In this document: positions 41,501 through 56,500 of the stretch, one piece after another
How the letters are laid out: each line of letters starts with the position of its first letter
How positions within the stretch are numbered: position 1 is the first letter of the stretch
Origin: the human T2T-CHM13v2.0 reference genome, Homo sapiens
Assembly (NCBI RefSeq): GCF_009914755.1
Contig: NC_060948.1
DNA: 64,000 nt
Direction: 5' to 3' (one strand)
Notes under the pieces: model-generated
Told to the model about the DNA's origin: nothing
What the model saw: only the letters and a program-made list of their open reading frames with translations
Databases searched by the model: none
Translations under genes and position numbers: made by a program

Positions 41501-44500
41501 TTTAATAAAATAGGATCAAATGTAATGGAATGGAATGGAAAGGAATCGAAACGAAAGGAATGGAGACCGATGGAATGGAATGGAACAGAGTGCAATGGTA
41601 TAGAATGGAATGGAATCATCTGGAATGGAATTGAATGGAATGGAATAATATGAAATGGAATGGAATGGAATGGAATGGAATGCCCTTGAATTAAATGGAC
41701 TGGAATGGAATGGACTCGAACAGATTGGAATGGTAAGTGTTGAGATAGAATGGAATGGACTCCTTTAGAATGGTGTAGTATGCAATGTAATCGACTGGCA
41801 GGGAATCAAAAGGAATGTAATCGAATGGATTGGACTGGAATGCAATGGACTCGAATAGATTGGAAACGGAATGCAAAGGAATGGAATGGAATAGTATGGA
41901 ATGGAATGGAAAGGAATGGAGTGGAATTGACTAGAGTGGAATGGAATGGACTGGAAAGCAATGGACTGGAATGGAACTTTCTTGAATGGACTGGAATCAA
42001 ACGGAATGGAATGCAATGCAATCAAATGGCATGGAATAAAATAGAATGAAAGAGAATCAAATGGAATTGAATCGAATGGAATCGAATGGATTGGAAAGGA
42101 ATAGAATGGAATGGAATGGAATTGACTCAAATGGAATGGACTAGAATGGAATGGATTCGAATGGAAGGCAAAGGAATGGAATCTATTGGAATGGAATGTA
42201 ATGGAATGGAATGGAAGGGATTGGAATGGACTCGAATGGAATGGACTGCAATAGAAAGGATTCGAATGGAATGAAAAAGAATTGAATGGAATAGAACAGA
42301 ATGGAATCAAATCGAATGAAATGGAATGGAATAGAAAGGAATGGAATGAAATGGAATGGAAAGGATTCGAATGGAATGCAATCGAATGGAATGGAATCGA
42401 ACGGAATGGAATAAAATGGAAGAAAACTGGCAAGAAATGGAATCGAAATGAATGGAGTGTTATGGAACGGACTCAAAAGGAATTGAATGTAATAGAATGG
42501 AGTGGAGTGGACTCGAATATAATGGACTGGAATGGAATGAAATCACATGGAATGGGAACGAATGGAATGGAATGGAAAGGAATGGAATGGAATGGAAAGG
42601 AATCGAATGGAAGGGAATGAAATTGAATCAACAGGAATGGAAGGGAATAGAATAGACGGTAATGGAATGGACTCGAATAGAATGGACACGAATGCTCAAA
42701 TTGAATGGACTAGAAAGGAATGGAAAGGAAAGGAATGTCATCGAATGGAATTGAATCGATTGGAATGAAATCGCATAGAATGGAGTGGAATCAAATGGAA
42801 TTGAATCGAAAGGAAAGGAAGCGAATGGACTGAAATGAAATGGAATGGAATTGAATGGAAAGTAATGCAATGGAATAGAATGGAACGAAATTTCACGGAA
42901 TGGAATCAAACTGAATGGAATCAAATCAATGGAATCAAATCAAATGGAATGGAAAGGAATTGAATGGAGTAGATTGGATTGGATGGGATTGGAATGAAAT
43001 GTACTGGAAAGGACTCGAATTTCATGAAACGGAATGGAATGAATTGGAACGGAATGGACTCGAATGGAATGGAATGTCATCGAATGGCATCAAATGAAAT
43101 GGCATCAAATGGAATGGAATCGAATGCAATGGAATGCTATGGAATGGAATGGAATGCATTGGAATGGAATGTCCTCTAATGGAATGGATTCGAGTGGAAT
43201 GGAATCGAATATAATGGAGTCGAATGAAATGGAATTGAAAAGAATGGGATCGAATACAATGGAATATACTGGAATGTAATGTAATGAACTCGAATGTAAT
43301 TGACTGGAATGGAATGTACATGAATGGAATGTAATCGAATAGAAAGTAATCCAATGGAATAGAATCTAATGCAATAAAATCGACTCAGATAGAGTAGAAT
43401 GTAATGGAATGGAGTGCAGTGCAATGGAATGGAATGGAATGGAATGCAATGGAATGGAATGGAATGGAATGGGATGGAATGGTATGGAATGGATAGTAAT
43501 GGACTGGAGTGAAATGGACTGGAAAGGTATGGACTCAAATTGAAAGGGCTCGAAAGGAATGGAGTCAAATGGAATGGTCTGGAATGGAATGAACACGAAT
43601 GTAATGCAATCCAATAGAATGGAATCGAATGGCATGGAATATAAAGAAATGGAATCGAAGAGAATGGAAACAAATGGAATGGAAGTGAATGGAATGGAAT
43701 TGAATGGAATGGGAACGAATGGAGTGAAATTGTATGCAGTAGAAGAGAATAGAATGGAATGCAAGCGAAAGGAAAGGAATGGATTGGAATGGAATGGAAT
43801 TCATTGGAATGGAAGGGAATGTAGTGTAATGGACAGGCCTGGAATAAAGTGGAATGCTACGGTCTCGAATGGAATAAAAATGTATGGAATGGAATGCAAT
43901 GAAACGGAATCGAATGTCATAGAATGTAATGTAATGCAAAAAAATGGAATCCAAAATCATTGACTGGAAAGGCTGGGTGTCGAAAGGAATTGACTCCAAT
44001 GGAATGGAATCGAATGGAATGGAAGTGAATAGAATCGAACTAAATCGAATGGAATGGAATTGATAGGAACGGAATGGAAAAGAATGCAATGATTTGGCAT
44101 GGAATGGAATCGAATGGCATCGAATGGAATGGAATGGAATGCAATGGAATGGAATGTATTAGAATGTAATGAACTTTAATGGAATGTACTCGAATGGATT
44201 CGACTGGAATGGAATGTTCTGGAAGTGAATGGACTCCAATGGAATGGATTCAAAAGGAATGGAATCGTACGGAATGGAAACTAATGGAATGGAATTAAAT
44301 GGAAATGAATCAAATTGAATAGCACGGAATTGAATTGAATGGAATCGAATGCAATGGAATCTAATGAAACGGAAAGGAAAGGAATGGAATGGAATGGAAT
44401 GGGCTGGAATGGAACGGAATCGAAACGAATGGAATGGAATCGAACTGAAGAGACTGGAATGGAATGCACTGGAATGGAAGGGAGTGTAATGGAAGGTTCT

Positions 44501-47500
44501 CGAAAAAAATGGAATGGAATAGAATGGAATTGAATGGAACGGAATAGAGTCGAATGGAATTGAATGGAATGGAATGGACTAGAGTGAAATGGAATCGAAC
44601 CACAAGGAATGGACAGGAATAGAATGGTCTCGAATTGAATGGAATCGTATGGAATGGCATCAAACGGAATGGAATGGACAGCCACGGAATGGAATGCACT
44701 CGAATGCAATGGAGTCGAAACTAAAGGACTGGAATAGAATGGACTCAACTGGTACGGACTCCAATGGAATGGAATCGAATGGAAGGGAATCGATCGGAAT
44801 GGACTCGAAGGGAAAAGACTGCAATGGAAAGGTCTCGAATGGAATGGAAATTAATGGAATGGAATGGAATCGAATGAAATGGAGTCAAAAGGAATGGAAT
44901 CGAATGGCAAGAAATCGAATGTAATGGAATCGCAAGGAATTGATGTGAACGGAACGGAAAGGAATGGAATCCAAAGGAATGGAATAGAATGGAATGGAAT
45001 CGAATGGAAAGGACTCGAATGGAAATCACTCGAATAGAATGCAATTTAATAAAATAGGATCAAATGTAATGGAATGGAATGGAAAGGAATCGAATCGAAA
45101 GGAATGGAGACAGATGGAATGGAATGGAACAGAGAGCAATGGTATAGAATGGAATGGAATCATCTGGAATGGAATTGAATGGAATGGAATAATATGAAAT
45201 GGAATGGAATGGAATGGAATGGAATGCCCTTGAATTAAATGGACTGGAATGGAATGGACTCGAACAGAGTGGAATGGAAAGTGTTGAAATAGAATGGAAT
45301 GGACTCGTTTGGAATGGTCTAGTATGCAATGCAATCGACTGGCAGGGAATCAAAAGGAATGTAATGGAATGGATTGGACTGGAATGCAATGGACTCGAAT
45401 AGATTGGAAACGGAATACAAAGGAATGGAATGGAATAGTATGGAATGGAATGGAAAGGAATGGAGTGGAATAGACTAGAGTGGAATGGAATGGACTGGAA
45501 AGCAATGGACTGGAATGGAACTTTCTTGAATGGACTGGAATCAAACGGAATGGAATGCAATGCAATCAAATGGCATGGAAGAAAATAGAATGAAAGAGAA
45601 TCAAATGGAATTGAATCGAATGGAATCGAATGGATTGGAAAGGAATAGAATGGAATGGAATGGAATTGACTCAAATGGAATGGACTAGAATGGAATGGAT
45701 TCGAATGGAAGGCAAAGGAATGGAATCTATTGGAATGGACTGTAATGGAATGGAATGGAAGGGATTGGAATGGACTCGAATGGAATGGACTGCAATAGAA
45801 AGGATTCGAATGGAATGAAAAAGAATTGAATGGAATAGAACAGAATGGAATCAAATCGAATGAAATGGAATGGAATAGAAAGGAATGGAATGAAATGGAA
45901 TGGAAAGGATTCGAATGGAATGCAATCGAATGGAATGAAATCGAATGGAATGGAATCGAACGGAATGGAATAAAATGGAAGAAAACTGGCAAGAAATGGA
46001 GTCGAAATGAATGGAGTGTTATGGAACGGACTCAAAAGGAATTGAATGTAATAGAATGGAGTGGAGTGGACTCGAATATAATGGACTGGAATGGAATGAA
46101 ATCACATGGAATGGGAACGAATGGAATGGAATGGAAAGGAATGGAATCGAATGGAAAGGAATCGAATGGAAGGGAATGAAATTGAATCAACAGGAATGGA
46201 AGGGAGTAGAATAGACGGTAATGGAATGGACTCGAATAGAATGGACACGAATGCTCAAATTGAATGGACTCGAATGGAATGGAAACGAAAGGAATGTCAT
46301 CGAATGGAATTGAATCGATTGGAATGAAATCACATAGAATGGAGTGGAATCAAATGGAATTGAATCGAAAGGAAAGGAAGCGAATGGACTGAAATGAAAT
46401 GGAATGGAATTGAATGGAAATTAATGCAATGGAATAGAATGGAACGAAATTTCACGGAATGGAATCAAACTGAATGGAATCAAATCAATGGAATATAATC
46501 AAATGGAATGGAAAGGAATTGAATGGAGTAGATTGGATTGGATGGGATTGGAATGAAATGTACTGGAAAGGACTCGAATTTCATGAAACGGAATGGAATG
46601 AATTAGAACGGAATGGACTCGAATGGAATGGAATGTCATGGAATGGCATCAAATGGAATGGAATCGAATGCGATGGAATGCTATGGAATGGAATGGAATG
46701 CATTGGAATGGAATGTCCTCTAATGGAATGGATTCGAGTGGAATGGAATCGAATATAATGGAGTCTAATCAAAGGGAATTGAAAGGAATGGGACCGAATA
46801 CAATGGAATATACTGGAATGTAATGTAATGAACTCGAATGTAATTGACTGGAATGGAATGTACATGAATGGAATGTAATCGAATGGAAAGCAATCCAATG
46901 GAATAGAATCTAATGCAATAAAATGGACTCAAATAGAGTAGAATATAATGGAATGGAGTGCAGTGCAATGGAATGGAATGGAATGGAATGCAATGGAATG
47001 GAATGGAATGGAATGGAATGGAATGGGATGGAATGGTATGGAATGGATAGTAATGGACTGGAGTGAAATGGACTGGAAAAGAATGGACTCAAATTGAAAG
47101 GGCTCGAAAGGAATGGAGTCAAATGGAATGGTCTGGAATGGAATGAACATGAATGTAATGCAATCCAATAGAATGGAATCGAATGGCATGGAATATAAAG
47201 AAATGGAATCGAAGAGAATGGAAACAAATGGAATGGAATTGAATGGAATGGAATTGAATGGAATGGGAACGAATGGAGTGAAATTGTATGCAGTAGAAGA
47301 GAATAGAATGGAATGCAAGCGAAAGGAAAGGAATGGATTGGAATGGAATGGAATTCATTGGAATGGAAGGGAATGTAGTGTAATGGACAGGCCTGGAATA
47401 AAGTGGAATGCTACGGTCTCGAATGGAATAAAAATGTATGGAATGGAATGCAATGAAACGGAATCGAATGTCATAGAATGTAATGGAATGCAAAAAAATG

Positions 47501-50500
47501 GAATCCAAAATCATTGACTGGAAAGGCTGGGTGTCGAAAGGAATTGACTCCAATGGAATGGAATCGAATGGAATGGAAGTGAATAGAATCGAACTAAATC
47601 GAATGGAATGGAATTGATAGGAACGGAATGGAAAGGAATGCAATGATTTGGCATGGAATGGAATATAATGGCATCGAATGGAATGGAATGCAATGGAATG
47701 GAATGTATTAGAATGTAATGAACTTTAATGGAATGTACTCGTATGGATTCGACTGGAATGGAAGGTTCTCGAAGTGAATGGACTCCAATGGAATGGATTC
47801 AAAAGGAATGGAATCGTACGGAATGGAATCTAATGGAATGGAATTAAATGGAAATGAATCAAATTGAATAGCACGGAATTGAATTGAATGGAATCGAATG
47901 CAATGGAATCTAATGAAACGGAAAGGAAAGGAATGGAATGGATTGGAATGGAATGGGCTGGAATGGAATGGAATCGAAACGAATGGAATGGAATCGAACT
48001 GAAGAGACTGGAATGGAATGCACTGGAATGGAAGGGAATGTAATGGAAGGTTCTCGAAAAAAATGGAATCGAAAGGAATGGAATTGAATGGAACGGAATA
48101 GAGTCGAATGGAATTCAATGGAATGGAATGGACTAGAGTGAAATGGAATCGAACCACAAGGAATGGACAGGAATAGAATGGTCTCGAATTGAATGGAATC
48201 GTATGGAATGGCATCAAACGGAATGGAATGGACAGCCACGGAATGGAATGGACACCCACGGAATGGAATGCACTCGAATGCAATGGAGTCGACACTAATG
48301 GACTGGAATAGAATGGACTCGACTGGTACGGACTCCAATGGAATGGAATCGAATGGAAGGGAATCGAACGGAATGGACTCGAAGGGAAAAGACTGCAATG
48401 GAAAGGTCTCGAATGGAATGGAAATTAATGGAATGGAATGGAATCGAATGAAATGGAGTCAAAAGGAATGGAATCGAATGTCAAGAAATCGAATGTAATG
48501 GAATCGCAAGGAATTGATGTGAACGGAACGGAATGGAATGGAATCCAAAGGAATGGAATAGAATGGAATGGAATCGAATGGAAAGGACTCGAATGGAAAT
48601 CACTCGAATAGAATGCAATTTAATAAAATAGGATCAAATGTAATGGAATGGAATGGAAAGGAATCGAAACGAAAGGAAAGGAGACAGATGGAATGGAATG
48701 GAACAGAGAGCAATGGTATAGAATGGAATGGAATCATCTGGAATGGAATTGAATGGAATGGAATAATATGAAATGGAAAGGAATGGAATGGAATGCCCTT
48801 GAATTAAATGGACTGGAATGGAATGGACTCGAACAGAGTGGAATGGAAAGTGTTGAAATAGAATGGAATGGACTCGTTTGGAATGGTCTAGTATGCAATG
48901 CAATCGACTGGCAGGGAATCAAAAGGAATGTAATCGAATGGATTGGACTGGAATGCAATGGACTCGAATAGATTGGAAACGGAAAGCAAAGGAATGGAAT
49001 GGAATAGTATGGAATGGAATGGAAAGGAATGGAGTGGAATAGACTAGAGTGGAATGGAATGGACTGGAAAGCAATGGACTGGAATGGAACTTTCTTGAAT
49101 GGACTGGAATCAAACGGAATGGAATGCAATGCAATCAAATGGCATGGAATAAAATAGAATGAAAGAGAATGAAATGGAATTGAATCGAATGGAATCGAAT
49201 GGATTGGAAAGGAATAGAATGGAATGGAATGGAATTGACTCAAATGGAATGGACTAGAATGGAATGGATTCGAATGGAAGGCAAAGGAATGGAATCTATT
49301 GGAATGGACTGTAATGGAATGGAATGGAAGGGATTGGAATGGACTCGAATGGAATGGACTGCAATAGAAAGGATTCGAATGGAATGAAAAAGAATTGAAT
49401 GGAATAGAACAGAATGGAATCAAATCGAATGAAATGGAATGGAATAGAAAGGAATGGAATGAAATGGAATGGAAAGGATTCGAATGGAATGCAATCGAAT
49501 GGAATGGAATCGAACGGAATGGAATAAAATGGAAGAAAACTGGCAAGAAATGGAATCGAAATGAATGGAGTGTTATGGAACGGACTCAAAAGGAATTGAA
49601 TGTAATAGAATGGAGTGGAGTGGACTCGAATATAATGGACTGGAATGGAATGAAATCACATGGAATGGGAACGAATGGAATGGAATGGAAAGGAATGGAA
49701 TCGAATGGAAAGGAATCGAATGGAAGGGAATGCAATTGAATCAACAGGAATGGAAGGGAATAGAATAGACGGTAATGGAATGGACTCGAATAGAATGGAC
49801 ACGAATGCTCAAATTGAATGGACTCGAATGGAATGGAAACGAAAGGAATGTCATCGAATGGAATTGAATCGATTGGAATGAAATCGCATAGAATGGAGTG
49901 GAATCAAATGGAATTGAATCGAAAGGAAAGGAAGCCAATGGACTGAAATGAAATGGAATGGAATGGAATGGAAAGTAATGCAATGGAATAGAATGGAACG
50001 AAATTTCACGGAATGGAATGAAACTGAATGGAATCAAATCAATGGAATCTAATCAAGTGGAATGGAAAGGAATTGAATGGAGTAGATTGGATTGGATGGG
50101 ATTGGAATGAAATGTACTGGAAAGGACTCGAATTTCATGAAACGGAATGGAATGAATTGGAACGGAATGGACTCGAATGGAATGGAATGTCATGGAATGG
50201 CATCAAATGGAATGGCATCAAATGGAATGGAATCGAATGCAATGGAATGCTATGGAATGGAATGGAATGCATTGGAATGGAATGTCCTCTAATGGAATGG
50301 ATTCGAGAGGAATGGAATTGAATATAATGGAGTCGAATGAAATGGAATTGAAAGGAATGGGATCGAATACAATGGAATATACTGGAATGTAATGTAATGA
50401 ACTTGAATGTAATTGACTGTAATGGAATGTACATGAATGGAATGTAATCGAATGGAAAGTAATCCAATGGAATAGAATCTAATGCAATAAAATCGACTCA

Positions 50501-53500
50501 GATAGAGTAGAATGTAATGGAATGGAGTGCAGTGCAATGGAATGGAATGGAATGGAATGCAATGGAATGGAATGGAATGGAATGGAATGGGATGGAATGG
50601 TATGGAATGGATAGTAATGGACTGGAGTGAAATGGACTGGAAAGGAATGGACTCAAATTGAAAGGGCTCGAAAGGAATGGAGACAAATGGAATGGTCTGG
50701 AATGGAATGAACACGAATGTAATGCAATCCAATAGAATGGAGTCGAATGGCAGGGAATATAAAGAAATGGAATCGAAGAGAATGGAAACAAATGGAATGG
50801 AATTGAATGGAATGGAATTGAATGGAATGGGAACGAATGGAGTGAAATTGTATGCAGTAGAAGAGAATAGAATGGAATGCAAGCGAAAGGAAAGGAATGG
50901 ATTGGAATGGAATGGAATTCATTGGAATGGAAGGGAATGTAGTGTAATGGACAGGCCTGGAATAAAGTGGAATGCTACGGTCTCGAATGGAATAAAAATG
51001 TATGGAATGGAATGCAATGAAACGGAATCGAATGTCATAGAATGTAATGGAATGCAAAAAAATGGAATCCAAAATCATTGACTGGAAAGGCTGGGTGTCG
51101 AAAGGAATTGACTCCAATGGAATGGAATCGAATGGAATGGAAGTGAATAGAATCAAACTAAATCGAATGGAATGGAATTGATAGGAACGGAATGGAAAGG
51201 AATGCAATGATTTGGCATGGAATGGAATCGAATGGCATCAAATGGAATGGAATGGAATGCAATGGAATGGAATGTATTAGAATATAATGAACTTTAATGG
51301 AATGTACTCGAATGGATTCGACTGGAATGGAATGTTCTGGAAGTGAATGGACTCCAATGGAATGGATTCCAAAGGAATGGAATCGTACGGAATGGAATCT
51401 AATGGAATGGAATTAAATGGAAATGAATCAAATTGAATAGCACGGAATTGAATTGAATGGAATGGAATGCAATGGAATCTAATGAAACGGAAAGGAAAGG
51501 AATGCAATGGAATGGAATGGGCTGGAATGGAAAGGAATCGAAACGAATGGAATGGAATCGAACTGAAGAGACTGGAATGGAAAGCACTGGAATGGAAGGG
51601 AGTGTAATGGAAGGTTCTCGAAAAAAATGGAATCGAATGGAATGGAATTGAATGGAACGGAATAGAGTCGAATGCAATTGAATGGAATGGAATGGACTAG
51701 AGTGAAATGGAATCGAACCACAAGGAATGGACAGGAATAGAATGGTCTCGAATTGAATGGAATCGTATGGAATGGCATCAAACGGAATGGAATGGACAGC
51801 CACGGAATGGAATGCACTCGAATGCAATGGAGTCGAAACTAATGGACTGGAATAGAATGGATTCGACTGGTACGGACTCCAATGGAATGGAATCGAATGG
51901 AAGGGAATCGAACGGAATGGACTCGAAGGGAAAAGACTGCAATGGAAAGGTCTCGAATGGAATGGAAATTAATGGAATGGAATGGAATCGAATGAAATGG
52001 AGTCAAAAGGAATGGAATCGAATGGCAAGAAATCAAATGTAATGGAATCGCAAGGAATTGATGTGAACGGAACGGAATGGAATGGAATCCAAAGGAATGG
52101 AATAGAATGGAATGGAATCGAATGGAAAGGACTCGAATGGAAATCACTCGAATAGAATGCAATTTAATAAAATAGGATCAAATGTAATGGAATGGAATGG
52201 AAAGGAATCGAAACGAAAGGAATGGAGACCGATGGAATGGAATGGAACAGAGTGCAATGGTATAGAATGGAATGGAATCATCTGGAATGGAATTGAATGG
52301 AATGGAATAATATGAAATGGAATGGAATGGAATGGAATGGAATGCCCTTGAATTAAATGGACTGGAATGGAATGGACTCGAACAGATTGGAATGGTAAGT
52401 GTTGAGATAGAATGGAATGGACTCCTTTAGAATGGTGTAGTATGCAATGTAATCGACTGGCAGGGAATCAAAAGGAATGTAATCGAATGGATTGGACTGG
52501 AATGCAATGGACTCGAATAGATTGGAAACGGAATGCAAAGGAATGGAATGGAATAGTATGGAATGGAATGGAAAGGAATGGAGTGGAATTGACTAGAGTG
52601 GAATGGAATGGACTGGAAAGCAATGGACTGGAATGGAACTTTCTTGAATGGACTGGAATCAAACGGAATGGAATGCAATGCAATCAAATGGCATGGAATA
52701 AAATAGAATGAAAGAGAATCAAATGGAATTGAATCGAATGGAATCGAATGGATTGGAAAGGAATAGAATGGAATGGAATGGAATTGACTCAAATGGAATG
52801 GACTAGAATGGAATGGATTCGAATGGAAGGCAAAGGAATGGAATCTATTGGAATGGAATGTAATGGAATGGAATGGAAGGGATTGGAATGGACTCGAATG
52901 GAATGGACTGCAATAGAAAGGATTCGAATGGAATGAAAAAGAATTGAATGGAATAGAACAGAATGGAATCAAATCGAATGAAATGGAATGGAATAGAAAG
53001 GAATGGAATGAAATGGAATGGAAAGGATTCGAATGGAATGCAATCGAATGGAATGGAATCGAACGGAATGGAATAAAATGGAAGAAAACTGGCAAGAAAT
53101 GGAATCGAAATGAATGGAGTGTTATGGAACGGACTCAAAAGGAATTGAATGTAATAGAATGGAGTGGAGTGGACTCGAATATAATGGACTGGAATGGAAT
53201 GAAATCACATGGAATGGGAACGAATGGAATGGAATGGAAAGGAATGGAATGGAATGGAAAGGAATCGAATGGAAGGGAATGAAATTGAATCAACAGGAAT
53301 GGAAGGGAATAGAATAGACGGTAATGGAATGGACTCGAATAGAATGGACACGAATGCTCAAATTGAATGGACTAGAAAGGAATGGAAAGGAAAGGAATGT
53401 CATCGAATGGAATTGAATCGATTGGAATGAAATCGCATAGAATGGAGTGGAATCAAATGGAATTGAATCGAAAGGAAAGGAAGCGAATGGACTGAAATGA

Positions 53501-56500
53501 AATGGAATGGAATTGAATGGAAAGTAATGCAATGGAATAGAATGGAACGAAATTTCACGGAATGGAATCAAACTGAATGGAATCAAATCAATGGAATCAA
53601 ATCAAATGGAATGGAAAGGAATTGAATGGAGTAGATTGGATTGGATGGGATTGGAATGAAATGTACTGGAAAGGACTCGAATTTCATGAAACGGAATGGA
53701 ATGAATTGGAACGGAATGGACTCGAATGGAATGGAATGTCATCGAATGGCATCAAATGAAATGGCATCAAATGGAATGGAATCGAATGCAATGGAATGCT
53801 ATGGAATGGAATGGAATGCATTGGAATGGAATGTCCTCTAATGGAATGGATTCGAGTGGAATGGAATCGAATATAATGGAGTCGAATGAAATGGAATTGA
53901 AAAGAATGGGATCGAATACAATGGAATATACTGGAATGTAATGTAATGAACTCGAATGTAATTGACTGGAATGGAATGTACATGAATGGAATGTAATCGA
54001 ATAGAAAGTAATCCAATGGAATAGAATCTAATGCAATAAAATCGACTCAGATAGAGTAGAATGTAATGGAATGGAGTGCAGTGCAATGGAATGGAATGGA
54101 ATGGAATGCAATGGAATGGAATGGAATGGAATGGGATGGAATGGTATGGAATGGATAGTAATGGACTGGAGTGAAATGGACTGGAAAGGTATGGACTCAA
54201 ATTGAAAGGGCTCGAAAGGAATGGAGTCAAATGGAATGGTCTGGAATGGAATGAACACGAATGTAATGCAATCCAATAGAATGGAATCGAATGGCATGGA
54301 ATATAAAGAAATGGAATCGAAGAGAATGGAAACAAATGGAATGGAAGTGAATGGAATGGAATTGAATGGAATGGGAACGAATGGAGTGAAATTGTATGCA
54401 GTAGAAGAGAATAGAATGGAATGCAAGCGAAAGGAAAGGAATGGATTGGAATGGAATGGAATTCATTGGAATGGAAGGGAATGTAGTGTAATGGACAGGC
54501 CTGGAATAAAGTGGAATGCTACGGTCTCGAATGGAATAAAAATGTATGGAATGGAATGCAATGAAACGGAATCGAATGTCATAGAATGTAATGTAATGCA
54601 AAAAAATGGAATCCAAAATCATTGACTGGAAAGGCTGGGTGTCGAAAGGAATTGACTCCAATGGAATGGAATCGAATGGAATGGAAGTGAATAGAATCGA
54701 ACTAAATCGAATGGAATGGAATTGATAGGAACGGAATGGAAAAGAATGCAATGATTTGGCATGGAATGGAATCGAATGGCATCGAATGGAATGGAATGGA
54801 ATGCAATGGAATGGAATGTATTAGAATGTAATGAACTTTAATGGAATGTACTCGAATGGATTCGACTGGAATGGAATGTTCTGGAAGTGAATGGACTCCA
54901 ATGGAATGGATTCAAAAGGAATGGAATCGTACGGAATGGAAACTAATGGAATGGAATTAAATGGAAATGAATCAAATTGAATAGCACGGAATTGAATTGA
55001 ATGGAATCGAATGCAATGGAATCTAATGAAACGGAAAGGAAAGGAATGGAATGGAATGGAATGGGCTGGAATGGAACGGAATCGAAACGAATGGAATGGA
55101 ATCGAACTGAAGAGACTGGAATGGAATGCACTGGAATGGAAGGGAGTGTAATGGAAGGTTCTCGAAAAAAATGGAATGGAATAGAATGGAATTGAATGGA
55201 ACGGAATAGAGTCGAATGGAATTGAATGGAATGGAATGGACTAGAGTGAAATGGAATCGAACCACAAGGAATGGACAGGAATAGAATGGTCTCGAATTGA
55301 ATGGAATCGTATGGAATGGCATCAAACGGAATGGAATGGACAGCCACGGAATGGAATGCACTCGAATGCAATGGAGTCGAAACTAAAGGACTGGAATAGA
55401 ATGGACTCAACTGGTACGGACTCCAATGGAATGGAATCGAATGGAAGGGAATCGATCGGAATGGACTCGAAGGGAAAAGACTGCAATGGAAAGGTCTCGA
55501 ATGGAATGGAAATTAATGGAATGGAATGGAATCGAATGAAATGGAGTCAAAAGGAATGGAATCGAATGGCAAGAAATCGAATGTAATGGAATCGCAAGGA
55601 ATTGATGTGAACGGAACGGAAAGGAATGGAATCCAAAGGAATGGAATAGAATGGAATGGAATCGAATGGAAAGGACTCGAATGGAAATCACTCGAATAGA
55701 ATGCAATTTAATAAAATAGGATCAAATGTAATGGAATGGAATGGAAAGGAATCGAATCGAAAGGAATGGAGACAGATGGAATGGAATGGAACAGAGAGCA
55801 ATGGTATAGAATGGAATGGAATCATCTGGAATGGAATTGAATGGAATGGAATAATATGAAATGGAATGGAATGGAATGGAATGGAATGCCCTTGAATTAA
55901 ATGGACTGGAATGGAATGGACTCGAACAGAGTGGAATGGAAAGTGTTGAAATAGAATGGAATGGACTCGTTTGGAATGGTCTAGTATGCAATGCAATCGA
56001 CTGGCAGGGAATCAAAAGGAATGTAATGGAATGGATTGGACTGGAATGCAATGGACTCGAATAGATTGGAAACGGAATACAAAGGAATGGAATGGAATAG
56101 TATGGAATGGAATGGAAAGGAATGGAGTGGAATAGACTAGAGTGGAATGGAATGGACTGGAAAGCAATGGACTGGAATGGAACTTTCTTGAATGGACTGG
56201 AATCAAACGGAATGGAATGCAATGCAATCAAATGGCATGGAAGAAAATAGAATGAAAGAGAATCAAATGGAATTGAATCGAATGGAATCGAATGGATTGG
56301 AAAGGAATAGAATGGAATGGAATGGAATTGACTCAAATGGAATGGACTAGAATGGAATGGATTCGAATGGAAGGCAAAGGAATGGAATCTATTGGAATGG
56401 ACTGTAATGGAATGGAATGGAAGGGATTGGAATGGACTCGAATGGAATGGACTGCAATAGAAAGGATTCGAATGGAATGAAAAAGAATTGAATGGAATAG

